From positions 60,703,243 to 60,767,242 of the forward strand of contig NC_068992.1 in the NCBI RefSeq assembly GCF_001194135.2: a stretch of DNA of 64,000 nt, read 5' to 3'. The notes under the pieces were generated by a model. The model was not told the DNA's origin, made no database searches, and saw nothing but the letters and a program-made list of their open reading frames with translations. Positions 24,066-36,940 of the stretch are shown here, in pieces. The position numbers and the translations under genes are program-made. The stretch is from Octopus bimaculoides. Its lineage: Eukaryota. Within the stretch, counting starts at the first letter, position 1. Every line of letters starts with the position of its first letter.

Positions 24066-24689
24066 CTTCTCTTTATGAATGTTCTGAAAACTATTTACAG
24101 CCTTGGATATTTTATCTCATTCTGTTGATATATATATGTATTTATGTACGTACGTAAGTATGTATGTATGTATGTATGTATGTATGTATAGCTTGATATT
24201 TGTTATATACCTTGATATCATGTAGGTCACTATTATTCATTCAGAATACATTGCACTTTAATTGATTTCCAGATATATATGTAAGATTATATGCACTCTA
24301 CTTACGAAATATTGATATTATAAGGAAGGACGTAGAAATATTAATAGATAGAAAAAGAAGTTGAGAGTTGCACGCATACATAAAGTACGATGTATGAGTT
24401 TGTAAGAGTGCATATAGATAGATAGCCAGAGAGAGAGAGAGAGAGAGAGAGAGATACATACTAGGCACACACACATACACATAAACATACATGAACATAT
24501 ATATATATATGAAGCAAGACAAAACAGCAGAGAACGTTTATAAAATGCTTTTAGCTTCATCGTCTTTCGTGTATGCCATTGACAATTGATAAATATGAGA
24601 TATAAGGAGGATCTTAGTTAAAAATATTGTCAAATCTTCAGAGATTCTATATTCATGCTGTGATGTCGACAGCATTGTCGCGGTGATAG

Positions 24690-24865
24690 CTACAATGACG
24701 GCAGGGTTAACCGTTAGCTGAAGATAGTACTCATTTTTGATAGAGTAAACTGAAACAAAGTGGGACGAAATATCTGGCTCAAAGACGCAACGCGCTGACC
24801 AGTCTGGAAATCAGGCACCAGACCAACCATCATAAGCGTAACATACTAACCAACAGAGCATCTAG
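24690..24865 (-). mobile_element. SINE-like family D-related, degenerate
   Basis: Loose match to the head and central region of the copy at 48775-49096. Confidence 0.45.
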
Positions 24866-25269
24866 AATCAGACATGCGCACACTTGCTATGCGTATGTAT
24901 GTAAATCTATATGTATATATATACATATACATACATACACACACAAATACATGTTTTTATGAACGCTGGCTTCCCTTGAACAGTGGTTTAGTGGTTTAGA
25001 AATATAATGCAGAAAACAATCACATGTAACTCTTATATTTTTCTATACCGACTTCTCGTTCCTTGCCTGTTTATCTTCCGCCTACTCCGATGGTCAATGT
25101 CTCTTTGTTGCCAGCGATCAAATAATTTTAAATATTCAAGATAACAATTCCCCGAGTAGCATAATATCACAGTAATGCTGAGGATGTAAGCGAGGAGGGA
25201 GAGAAGAAATTGATGATCTTTTATTTATTTACACTCGGCAACAAAATGTCTGTCTTACATCAACAACAA

Positions 25270-25354
25270 AAACAGGAACAACAACAACAACAACAACAAC
25301 AATAATAATAATAATAATAATAAAGTGATGATAATAATTGTAGTAATCACAATT

Positions 25355-25438
<84 letters not shown>
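25270..25438. repeat. (AAC)n and (AAT)n microsatellites
   Basis: Visible in the sequence. Confidence 0.95.
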
Positions 25439-26068
25439 GCAACTGTGGTAGATCAATTTTCATAAGTCGTTTAATCTTATTTATTTCTCGGATATCTGGT
25501 ATTCCCAGGGGTATTTTTATGATTATCTTTCTTTTAATTTTTTTTTTCCTTCTAAAAAGACAATATACATTTCAGTTTAACTTCTTGTTTCAAATTTCAT
25601 TTTCAATTATTTCTCTATGCTTTGCAGAGTTATCGGTTCTCTACTTATAATCATTATTTCAAACCTTTTTATATATATTTTCTTTTATCGATTGTTCAAT
25701 TCTTTCACTTATAGCGACAATCGATTTAACAGGCTCAATCATTTCTCACATATATCGATTTCTCACATATCAATTACTTTCTTAAGCTATTGATTACTTT
25801 TGACTTATTTCTGTAATATTACTTTTGGCTCCTGTGTAACCCTTTTTTTAGTGCTTTCCATTTTCCCCTTGTTTATTCGTGAAAGGGTGTTTTTTTTTTC
25901 TTTTTTCGCTCACATTTACATGAAATTGTTTTGTTTCTAAAACAGAAATTGTGGAGGACACGTTCTGGTTATACTGGAATAATTATATTTGAAAGTGTCC
26001 CATTAAAAATTCCAATATAATGCCAGTGAATGTGTGTGTGTGCGTGTGTATGTATACCCGAATGTATG

Positions 26069-26105
<37 letters not shown>

Positions 26106-26591
26106 ATATATATATANNNNNNNNNNNNNNNNNNNNNNNNNNNNNNNNNNNNNNNNNNNNNNNNNNNNNNNNNNNNNNNNNNNNNNNNNNNNNNNNNNNN
26201 NNNNNNNNNNNNNNNNNNNNNNNNNNNNNNNNNNNNNNNNNNNNNNNNNNNNNNNNNNNNNNNNNNNNNNNNNNNNNNNNNNNNNNNNNNNNNNNNNNNN
26301 NNNNNNNNNNNNNNNNNNNNNNNNNNNNNNNNNNNNNNNNNNNNNNNNNNNNNNNNNNNNNNNNNNNNNNNNNNNNNNNNNNNNNNNNNNNNNNNNNNNN
26401 NNNNNNNNNNNNNNNNNNNNNNNNNNNNNNNNNNNNNNNNNNNNNNNNNNNNNNNNNNNNNNNNNNNNNNNNNNNNNNNNNNNNNNNNNNNNNNNNNNNN
26501 NNNNNNNNNNNNNNNNNNNNNNNNNNNNNNNNNNNNNNNNNNNNNNNNNNNNNNNNNNNNNNNNNNNNNNNNNNNNNNNNNNNNNNNNNNN

Positions 26592-26633
<42 letters not shown>

Positions 26634-26789
26634 TCTGTGTGTGTGTGTATTTAAACAATAAATACTTGGTTTGATTTGTTTAATCAAAACCCTTCAGTTG
26701 GTGTCCAGAATGACTGCGGCTGAATGATTGAAACTAGTAAAAGATAAAAGATATATGTTTCTATGTATATATCTATATCCATATAGACT

Positions 26790-26890
26790 AAAGTTTATTT
26801 GCCAACGCAAAGTGGCAGTCCTGGTTATGAAGATGTTACGCCCTTTTTTTAGCTCCAGGAAAACATTTTTTCTAGCTGTCTATCGACACA
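26790..26890. mobile_element. Partial diverged copy of the adjacent foldback element
   Basis: Matches the inner arm of 27077-27400 and carries its loop in the opposite orientation (tatcgacacac). Confidence 0.7.
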
Positions 26891-27076
26891 CGATAGCGTC
26901 CTGATACCTCGAAGAAATAAGCTAATGTCCTCACTTAGCCTTACACGGTACCTGCGGGCCAATGGTTTCTGGGTTATTTCTCTTCATCGACACAGTATAA
27001 CCGTTGGCTAAAGATGGCAGCAGTTGGCCTTGTTCGAGGTATATACTTTTAAAGTAACACACAATCACTGATCTCG

Positions 27077-27400
27077 TAAGGAGAAAAACAATTAGTTTTA
27101 AATCTGAGCGAGAAACAAGTAGTAACAGCACTACAGAGTAAAGTCCATTTGCTAACGTAACATGGTAGTCCTGTTTAGGACGATGTTACTACCCTTTTTT
27201 TAGCCCGAGGAAAACATCTTTTCCAGTTGGCACTTGTGCGTCGATAGCCAGCTGGAAAAGATGTTTTCCTGCGGCTAAAAATGGTTGTAATATCGTCCTA
27301 ACGAGGACTACCACTTTACGTTGGCAAATAGATTTTACTCTGTAGTACTATTACTACGTATTTATTACTCAGAGATTTAAAACTAATTGTTTTCTCCTTA
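27077..27400. mobile_element. Foldback or MITE-like palindrome: ~155-bp arms, 15-nt loop, TA ends
   Basis: taaggagaaaaacaattagttttaaatc...ttccagttggc / gccagctggaaaag...gatttaaaactaattgttttctcctta. Confidence 0.85.
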
Positions 27401-27413
27401 TATCTATCTATCT

Positions 27414-27495
<82 letters not shown>

Positions 27496-27597
27496 NNNNN
27501 NNNNNNNNNNNNNNNNNNNNNNNNNNNNNNNNNNNNNNNNNNNNNNNNNNNNNNNNNNNNNNNNNNNNNNNNNNNNNNNNNNNNNNNNNNNNNNNNN

Positions 27598-27628
<31 letters not shown>

Positions 27629-28065
27629 CATACATACATACATACATACATACATACATACATACACATATATACATAGATACATAGATACATATATCTT
27701 TCGTCTTATATATATATATATATATATACATATGCATATACATGCATACATATATGTGTGTGTATCTATGCATGTATATATGTGTGTGTGTATATGTATC
27801 CATATATATGTATGTATGTGTGTGCTTGTATGTGTATATGCGCGTGTGACATATGTATGTGTGCATGTGTGTAATAACATTAACTTCAGATGAAATAGCC
27901 ATTTCATAAAGTTTCTAATGTATCACACGCCATTACTATATAGAAATACCTCACATTTTAGCTTCCTTCACATCTTTTATTCATTGCTATGTTCTATAAT
28001 TTTCTAATATCGATTTAAAGAAATTTTCGTTTATTACACTCAGGCAATGCATGTTACATGTATTA

Positions 28066-28290
28066 GTGACGGATTGAGACTTAGTGGTTAAAGTGTTCAG
28101 CTCATAAGCATATCGTCCTGAGTTCGAATCCCGGTGTTGCGTTGTACCTTTCAGCAAAAGACATTATTTCACGTAGCTCCAGTCCACACAGTTGGCAAAA
28201 AATGTGTTGTATTTGTATGAACTGTGTATTCCGCTGATCATATCAGCTGGAACCACTCGACGTCATAAGATCGCGGTGGGCCACGCCAGA
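28066..28290 (+). mobile_element. SINE-like family D with tRNA-like head, degenerate
   Basis: A-box-like ttagtggttaaag, B-box gttcgaatcc, body ttatttcacgtagctccagtccac. Confidence 0.65.
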
Positions 28291-28457
28291 CAAGTATTTA
28301 TAACAATATGCATGTATAGGATGTCGAAATTTTCAGAAGCGCTGGCATGAGAGTATGGTCAAAATATTCGTTCTTCAACCATATCATGTTTGGTTCTGTC
28401 CCAATGTGCGAAACTGCTCTAGTCCCTGAGCAACCAAAGTATGTGAGTGGATTGCCA

Positions 28458-28517
<60 letters not shown>

Positions 28518-28521
<4 letters not shown>

Positions 28522-28885
28522 AAATAAAATAAGACAACAAAGCCAAGGCAGTGAGAAATTTCTAGGACATTTATAAAGTGATGGGTTACAGCTGTTTCGG
28601 GGATATAAAGTGATGGGATGTCCTTTATATCTCTGGTGATAGGATATCCTTTATATCTCTGAGACAGCTGTAAGATTACCTTTATTTTTATAAATGTCCT
28701 AGAAATTTCACACTGACTTGGCTTTGTTGTCTCATTTTATTTAACATATACATCCTCACACACGACCCGCGTTAGACTCCACACTCGCACTATTATCGAA
28801 CTGGGAGTCTAACTGCGACCCTTCCATAGCAGTTACATGGCCTTACCTGCCATTTGGGTCTTCCGGATACCAAAACCTCTCACAG

Positions 28886-28886
<1 letters not shown>
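28518..28886. mobile_element. Composite foldback element, copy 2 (foldback 28518-28746, module 28751-28886), reversed relative to copy 1
   Basis: Arms tgttaaataaaataagacaacaaagcc... / ...ggctttgttgtctcattttatttaaca; module in reverse aligns to 23565-23690. Confidence 0.85.
28629..28676 (+). ncRNA. Degenerate hammerhead motif with two core substitutions
   Basis: ATCT-CTGGTGA-(TAGGATATCCTTTATATCTCT)-GAGAC-AGCT-GTA-AGAT. Confidence 0.5.
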
Positions 28887-28921
<35 letters not shown>

Positions 28922-31900
28922 GTATATGTATATGTATGTATGTATGTATGTATGCATGTATGTATGTATGTATGTATGTATGTATGTATGTATGTGCATG
29001 AGGCATGTATTTATTTATGTATCAATATGTGCGAGTTTGTCCTACAACCGCTTGACAGATAGTATTGGTTAGATTGTCTTACTATTTCATGTGACTTACC
29101 GGTTCGGAAAGAGACATAGAGGTAAAATAAGTATCAGGCTTAAAATAATATACACACCGGAGTCGATTTATTTAACTAACCTTACAAGGCGGTGCTCCAG
29201 CATGGCAGCACTTCATCGATTGAAGCAAAAAATAGAGATTCCATAAACGCACTAAATCATGCACAGCTTCAAATATATGAGTGCTCGGTTTATAGAAAAA
29301 TTTCACCGTTTATTGTGCGATTATTGATGAATTAACCTTGTATAGTATAAACTTTATGAAGCAAGATGCATTCTACAACGACAACTATACAAAGGCATCG
29401 ACTCGAATTATTTAATTGAATAACAAGCAGTAAAAGTCGAAAAGACTTGTTTGCTACAATCTATCCAAATGTCTATAAGTTAGATTGCTATTTATCTTTA
29501 TTAGATATTTAGCAATTAATAATTTCAAAACCTAAAACCGTTATTGTTGTACATTCAGCTCCATCAGTAACCTATAATCTATAACATATATCTTCGTTGC
29601 ACACATTCACGATGAATATACGATGAACATTAAATCATTCAGCTTAAAGATTTTTACTCAAGAGCAACGCATTCCGTACTTATGGTAGAAAGAAAATTAG
29701 AGATGTATGGTTCTAACAAATTGCACGTCTTTTAAACTTTATAGTATAAATTTAAACATCATGATAATTTATTAGTCCTCGTTATATTAAGCCGTAATGC
29801 TATTAGATGCAACGATACAATAGGTATCATAGAGTGTCTAATACTTTTTGTATCTGTATCTTATACTACAGAAATATTTGTTATCTTACTCACGTTAAGA
29901 CAATTGGCAATTTATTGGATTACTGCCAAATTCTGGATCAGCTTCTCTATACTGCATTCATAAACAATTAAAATGCTCATTTACAGTCTTCGTTTAGAAC
30001 GTCAGCAGACAATACCTGAACTATACGTTATCTTTAAATTTAGTTTAAATTCTCTGTGGTAGCTTAAAGAAACTTTATATTACAAATGGCATTCAAAGTT
30101 CCAAGACAATAGTGCATGCTGTGAAAAACATATTACGAAATATGTTAAATTTAAGCTATGAGCTACAGGCCAGAGTTTAATGTAGCGTCTAAATTTCATT
30201 CCAATAACAAATAATGTACGTGTTGTTTAGACAACATATTAAGGTTTGGGATCTAAACATCACCATTTAAATTGCTACAACCAGTAAGAATATCTTCTGC
30301 AAGCTGCACACTTTCACCTTTTATAAAAGCGTAAACTGAATATATTAGATAACGTAGTTTACAAACACTATGTCCGAAAAATTGGTATAACGTTGGTAAG
30401 TCCACTCCTGAAAACAGTATTGTTTTACACTTTCCGTCAATTTTTCCAAATAATGCAAATCATGCCGTCGTTGACCGTACACTCTACGGTTTTTGTTTTA
30501 TATAATACGCATAGATTTTCTCAAGTCCATGTTAGAGACGGAAGCATAACACATATGTCATGAGATATGTTTTAGGGCTTTTGAGATTACTGAATAGAAA
30601 AGGAGGAAACTCTATCCTAAGACTGGAGAGATTTTCCGAAAGTTCCCCTCCGCTAAAGGCACCTATGGACCACGTGGCAAGGATAAACCATGTGACAGGT
30701 AAAGTGCATCAACGTCAGGAATGCTTGCACAGACGAATTCAAATTTTACTCATGTAGCAATGGTGAATCCAAGCGTATGTCAGAAGATACTTGCTCAATG
30801 TGCTGCGCAATGAAATCGCAATGCGACTGAATCCGGAAACACGAAGTTGCGAAGGTAATGTCTTATCACGTAATTATACATATACCGTCTCTGGGGAAAG
30901 ACGAGACGGTCATGTCTGGAACACATTTTCCCATAATTCTCTCCTCTTTCACAACATTGTGAAATGGGGTAAAGAGAAACGCTAAAGAAACTGAACATAT
31001 GTTCGTTTTCAATTTCTCTTGAAATAATACATAAAATGAAAATAACCAAATTTAGTTATGCAGACGAAAATCATTCTTTGGAAGTACTTATCTGTGTGAA
31101 CAATTACTTTCAGTAACGGAGCCCAACAAGAGCCATTTAAGAATATAACTGACTATGCTCTTCTGGTTGATATCTTGTTATTGTCATCACCGAGTTTAAT
31201 TATTAATATTGAAAAACTTTCAAACGGCAAGCAGCATCAAATTTCATACTGATTCATGGATAGTTTGCATTAGAATAATTTTATTGTTTATTTTTCTTAA
31301 TTTACTGCCTTTCATTGCTTTTTATGTCTCGCAGATTCTTTGAGTCTATTTAATAGAAACAAAAAATACCCTGATATGAAATAATTTGCGATTAAATTAA
31401 CTTTTTTGATTACTAATTGATATCTTTCGCTAAGCAAAAATGTTTTCCTATGCGTCTGTCATTTAACGGTTTTTGAAAAATATACCTAAGTGGATATCTA
31501 TAAACGAGGATAATTCTCATATCTCATATATTTTGTGTTATTAACTTGTCTCACCCCATTATTAATAAAACGTTTGTTAATGTCAAAAAGTTTGTTGACC
31601 GTGTTCTTATTCATGCGTTTTGATTTACGATTATAGTCATTTATTCTATAAAACTTTTAATGGCAATGGGGTTCCTTATCATAAATCTTAACTAAATTAC
31701 ATTTGTTTAAAAGTTTCCAAATTGGAATATATCACAGCATAGTGTTCGTGATTTGATTTAGTTGCGCCGAAATTCCCGGCAGGAATTTTTTAATTTTTTT
31801 TTTATATAATTTCGGAGTTGATAAAACATTAGTCGCTGCGTTCATATCTTCTTCACTATATTGCAACTTTAATTTAAATTAAGTCATTTTACTTTGCTCT

Positions 31901-32302
31901 CTACATTAGCTACATTAGAACTTATTCAAATTATTATTGTGTTTAGTGAATATTGGACCTTGACCAGGGTCAGCGGGGAGAAAACACGACTTATATGTTA
32001 CTGAAGTAGAAAATAACACTTCGAACTGTATAATTGCGAGATCGGAAATTTGTTTGAAAGATTGCAATAGAATAGACACTGCTAGAAGTCTAAGAGCGCC
32101 TGAGGGCCAGGGGTTGACACTGAGGCTCTTCAATGATGAGATTACTATTCTTTCTACGTTGGTTCTTTGATTGGGTAAAAGTAAAATTTACACACAAGTG
32201 CATTGTTGGTAAATGTGTATAGTCAGATATGTTAATGATTTTATCAATGGTGACTGTAAAGTCACACCGATCACCAACCTTGTCAGCAAACTGCAGCAAA
32301 CT

Positions 32303-32643
32303 GCAGCCATGCTAGGGCACTTACATGAAGAGTTTTGCCGATCAAATTGACACCGGTGTTTATTTTAAAGTTTGGTACTTACTCTATCGGTCTCTTACAG
32401 AAACGCTAGGTTACGGGGGCGTAAACGAACGAGCATCATTTGTAAACATAAAGAAACACACAAGTACACATACATACACACGCACATGCATATATAGAGA
32501 GAGACACACATACATACAACAGATTCCGTCCACCAAGGCATTAATCGGCCAGAGGGTATAGTAAATAATACATACCCAGAGTGGAGTGCAGTGCAAGTGA
32601 CCCAGACACAGGTGGTTGCAAAACGAACTTCTTAACCACACAA
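32303..32643 (-). mobile_element. SINE-like family A, old near-full-length copy
   Basis: Tail, (CA) middle and head recognisable in reverse. Confidence 0.6.
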
Positions 32644-34209
32644 CAACGCTGTGACTATATCGAGAATTATATAACTAAATCACCTAAAGTGTCCTTCATT
32701 TTATTTTTCTTAGTAAGGTGTGATTTGAGACTATTTGGCTACATTTTCTAGCAGATCGAATCACCACCACCTAAATGCTCCATTATCATAACTCCCGATA
32801 TAATGGGTTCTTCGCTGAAATCCCAAAATAAATTTCAATCAATTATTTTCTATGATTATTCAACAATCCACTGAATATTTAAAAGCTATCTCTTGTCAAT
32901 ATTAACGGATATATAAGCATTTAATGTACAAACACTGACTTTGAACTATCTGTAGGAAGCCCGATACAGCATCAAACAGAATCATTTCAAATGCTTTGAA
33001 CATAGCTATAAAGGAAATTAAAACAAATTTATCAGATATTTGCATTTCTTGTTAGTAAAAATATCTTAACTTGAAATGTAGATTGAAAAAAAAGAATTTA
33101 GAATACTATTTGCATACGTTTTCACTACAGTATGTTTTCCAGTAGTTTTGCTCGCGTAAAAAAGCATGTTTAATAGTTTAATATTTTTATGAAACATGTT
33201 CAAGCATATAACGGAAAGAGTGGTGTTTTTAATACTTTGATCCAGTTTTAGATATTTTCCGTTATTGTGATAATTGTACACATGTATATGTGCCATAAGG
33301 GGCTATAATTCGCTTGTGTCAGTGAGTTTTAGAAGCATATAACTTTTGAATTGAAGAGTCATGAGTCATAAGTGATTAAGGGGAGGTAATTATTGATTTA
33401 TCAATTAATTTCAATATTTAAAATTCTAATTATAAGTAGGTTTCATTCCTCTTTCAAGGTAAACAACGGGAGTCTAGACATAGGGATGAAAAAATTTTGA
33501 TTAACACTTACGTAACATCTTTTTTTATTTCTGACACTCTAACAAGGTGCTGACTTGACATTCCAAATCAAACCTAATGCTATTATCCTTAAGTTCCTAA
33601 ATGAATTTACTCAATCCAGTTGAGTTATGTTTATTTCTGTTTCTAAAAGTGTGTAAATGTGTGGATAGTCGTCTCTTCATTTTATTTTGTGTGGCCCCTG
33701 TATAAATATATTTATTGTATTGTGTTGTGACTGTGCATATACGCATATAAGTTGAGCAAAATTATGTTGAGGATAGACCTTAAAATATTACGTAGGGTTG
33801 TTAACCCAGAATTAAGATTTTGTATTAAAACAAAATGCACTTTAAAACTATTTATTTGATATAAACATGGACTATAATTCCAAACAGAGAACGCATATGT
33901 TTATGTGTGTATGCGAGTGCGTATAAGCACGTGCATCTGTGCCTTGTGGAGGAAAGAACTGGGAGATTTATATACGTATGAAGTACATATATCAATATGT
34001 GGGTCTCTCTATATATACACACATATATAAATATAATATGCATGTACGTATATATGCGTATATGTGCATATTTATATAAGCATGTATTATGTATGTATGT
34101 GCATATATATGCGTGTATGCTAAAACAAGGTAAAAGATAAAAAATATTCATACGCATATACACATGACACACACACATATTTATATATATATATGTGTGT
34201 GTGTATGTG

Positions 34210-34259
<50 letters not shown>

Positions 34260-34342
34260 CGTACGTATGCATATATCTGAACACACACACATATATATCT
34301 GTACATATATATACACACAATTATTTATACATATCCATTTAT

Positions 34343-34444
<102 letters not shown>

Positions 34445-35295
34445 ACGTATGTATGTATGTATGTATGCATGTATATGAACCTGGGAGCGCGCACAAATTT
34501 AGAAATAACGTCGCTGCTCTGTTCTGTGAATTTTTTTTTCCTTTTAGTTCAACGTTGTTTTCTACTTTCATCCTATTCGTACGGAATTCGTCATTTTCCT
34601 TCTTTTGTTTAGAAAACATCAATCAACGTGCCAATTGTCGAGGAGATGGCACGTTGCAGAAGTCTTTTTCAAACTGCAGATAAAAAGGAAAATATTTATA
34701 CAAAATATTTACATCATATATATNNNNNNNNNNNNNNNNNNNNNNNNNNNNNNNNNNNNNNNNNNNNNNNNNNNNNNNNNNNNNNNNNNNNNNNNNNNNN
34801 NNNNNNNNNNNNNNNNNNNNNNNNNNNNNNNNNNNNNNNNNNNNNNNNNNNNNNNNNNNNNNNNNNNNNNNNNNNNNNNNNNNNNNNNNNNNNNNNNNNN
34901 NNNNNNNNNNNNNNNNNNNNNNNNNNNNNNNNNNNNNNNNNNNNNNNNNNNNNNNNNNNNNNNNNNNNNNNNNNNNNNNNNNNNNNNNNNNNNNNNNNNN
35001 NNNNNNNNNNNNNNNNNNNNNNNNNNNNNNNNNNNNNNNNNNNNNNNNNNNNNNNNNNNNNNNNNNNNNNNNNNNNNNNNNNNNNNNNNNNNNNNNNNNN
35101 NNNNNNNNNNNNNNNNNNNNNNNNNNNNNNNNNNNNNNNNNNNNNNNNNNNNNNNNNNNNNNNNNNNNNNNNNNNNNNNNNNNNNNNNNNNNNNNNNNNN
35201 NNNNNNNNNNNNNNNNNNNNNNNNNNNNNNNNNNNNNNNNNNNNNNNNNNNNNNNNNNNNNNNNNNNNNNNNNNNNNNNNNNNNNNNNNNNNNNN

Positions 35296-35363
35296 AGAAG
35301 AAGAAGAAGAAGAAGAAGAAGAAGAAGAAGAAGAAGAAGAAGAAGAAGAAGAAGAAGAAGAAG
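35296..35363. repeat. (GAA)n microsatellite abutting a gap
   Basis: Visible in the sequence. Confidence 0.95.
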
Positions 35364-35670
35364 ACGTTTTTTCTACATTGGTCACGAGCGCCTAAGCATA
35401 TAATTCGAAGCATGTCACAAATGTCATGGTTACAAAGCCTGTTGGGTGTGAACATGTACAACAAACGAGGAGTGACGTAAAAATGTAATACAACATTAAT
35501 AATAGCGCATGCGTCTTGCATTCCTACTACCAAAGAACTCTAAAACTGCAGGCTTCTAATGTGTCAACTTTATACAGAACACTAACATCTAACTCTACAA
35601 CGTACTGGTTATTTGTTTTGAAGAGCAAAAGTACACAGAGTGAGAGAAAGGATTTCGTAAAAGGACATAT

Positions 35671-35861
35671 AGGCGCAAGAGAGGCTGTGTAGTAAGTAGC
35701 TAGCTTACCAACCACCTGGTTCCGGGTTCATTCCCACTGCGTGGCACCTTGGGCAAGTGTCTTCTACAATAGCCTCGGGCTGGCCAAAGTCTTGTGAGTG
35801 GATTTGGTAGACGGAAACTGAAAGAAGCTCATCGTATATATGTATGTGTGTGTGTGTGTGT

Positions 35862-35942
<81 letters not shown>

Positions 35943-35997
35943 TCCCCCCAACATCGCTTGACAACCGATGATGGTGTGTATATGTCCCCGTAGCTTA
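35671..35997 (+). mobile_element. SINE-like family A: head, (TG)n and partial tail, well preserved
   Basis: Pol III-like head, central ggcaccttgggcaagtgtctt, then gtcccccccaacatcgcttgacaaccgatg-type tail. Confidence 0.85.
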
Positions 35998-36189
35998 TTT
36001 CAAGATTTCTTGCCAATAAAGAAAGGACCGGTTTATAACTTAATAGGTCTTCCTCAACCTTTGTCAGTTGCAACTAAATCTTTGAAATCTGTTATACCAG
36101 ATCATCGTTCCAAATATTTTCAGAGAAGATGAAAATAAGTTGCAACACATAGAAATAGAATATGAAATTTGTTAAGTCCTACTATGGAA

Positions 36190-36438
36190 GTTACGAGGAC
36201 GTAAACACACCAACATCGGTTGTCAAGCGATGGTGGGGGATACACGGACGGACACACACATATACATATATATACGACGGGCTTCTTTCAGTTTCCGTCT
36301 TCCATATCCACTCACAAGGCTTTGGTCGGCCCAAGGCTATAGTAGTAGACACTTGCACAAGGTGCCACGCAGTGGGACTGAACCCGGAACCATGAAGTCA
36401 GTAAGCGAGCTACTTACCACACAGCCATACCTGCGTCT
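36190..36438 (-). mobile_element. SINE-like family A, well preserved, inverted relative to 35671
   Basis: Reverse complement aligns over the head and the start of the tail. Confidence 0.85.
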
Positions 36439-36527
36439 ATGAGGTATATTCGGCTGAATATCCTATTGGATACATTCAGTAATGTAAAAAAATAAAAGGC
36501 ATTTTAATTTCATAAAAGTTACTGAGA

Positions 36528-36529
<2 letters not shown>

Positions 36530-36594
<65 letters not shown>

Positions 36595-36796
36595 TTCTCT
36601 ATCTCTATCTTTCTTTAACTCTCACTTTCACTCTCTCTTTTTCTCTCTCTCCCTTTCTTTCATTTCACTCTCTGTCTCCCTCATTTTCTCTCTCTTCGCT
36701 TCTCATTCTATTTCTTGAATGTTTACGAAGTAACAAACCTCAAGCATATATGTGTGTGTGTGTTTGATTGGTGTGGTTTTGCGTAGATAGATAGAC

Positions 36797-36875
<79 letters not shown>

Positions 36876-36890
36876 CAGACAGATAGATAC

Positions 36891-36939
<49 letters not shown>

Positions 36940-36940
36940 A
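36530..36940. repeat. (TC)n tract followed by a (GATA)n tract (36785-36937)
   Basis: Visible in the sequence. Confidence 0.95.

Larger units (their letters stand above)
23565..24125. mobile_element. Composite foldback element, copy 1: ~125-bp module plus ~162-bp inverted arms (23710-23870 and 23963-24125) and a 92-bp spacer
   Basis: Arms about 95% complementary by hand alignment; inserted in (TATG)n; module and arms are homologous to 28518-28886. Confidence 0.9.
28340..29240 (+). mobile_element. SINE-like family A interrupted in its microsatellite by the foldback composite
   Basis: Degenerate head 28340-28460, (TG)n, insertion, (TA)/(TATG)n, then tail 29030-29240 (ggcggtgctccagcatggc). Confidence 0.6.
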
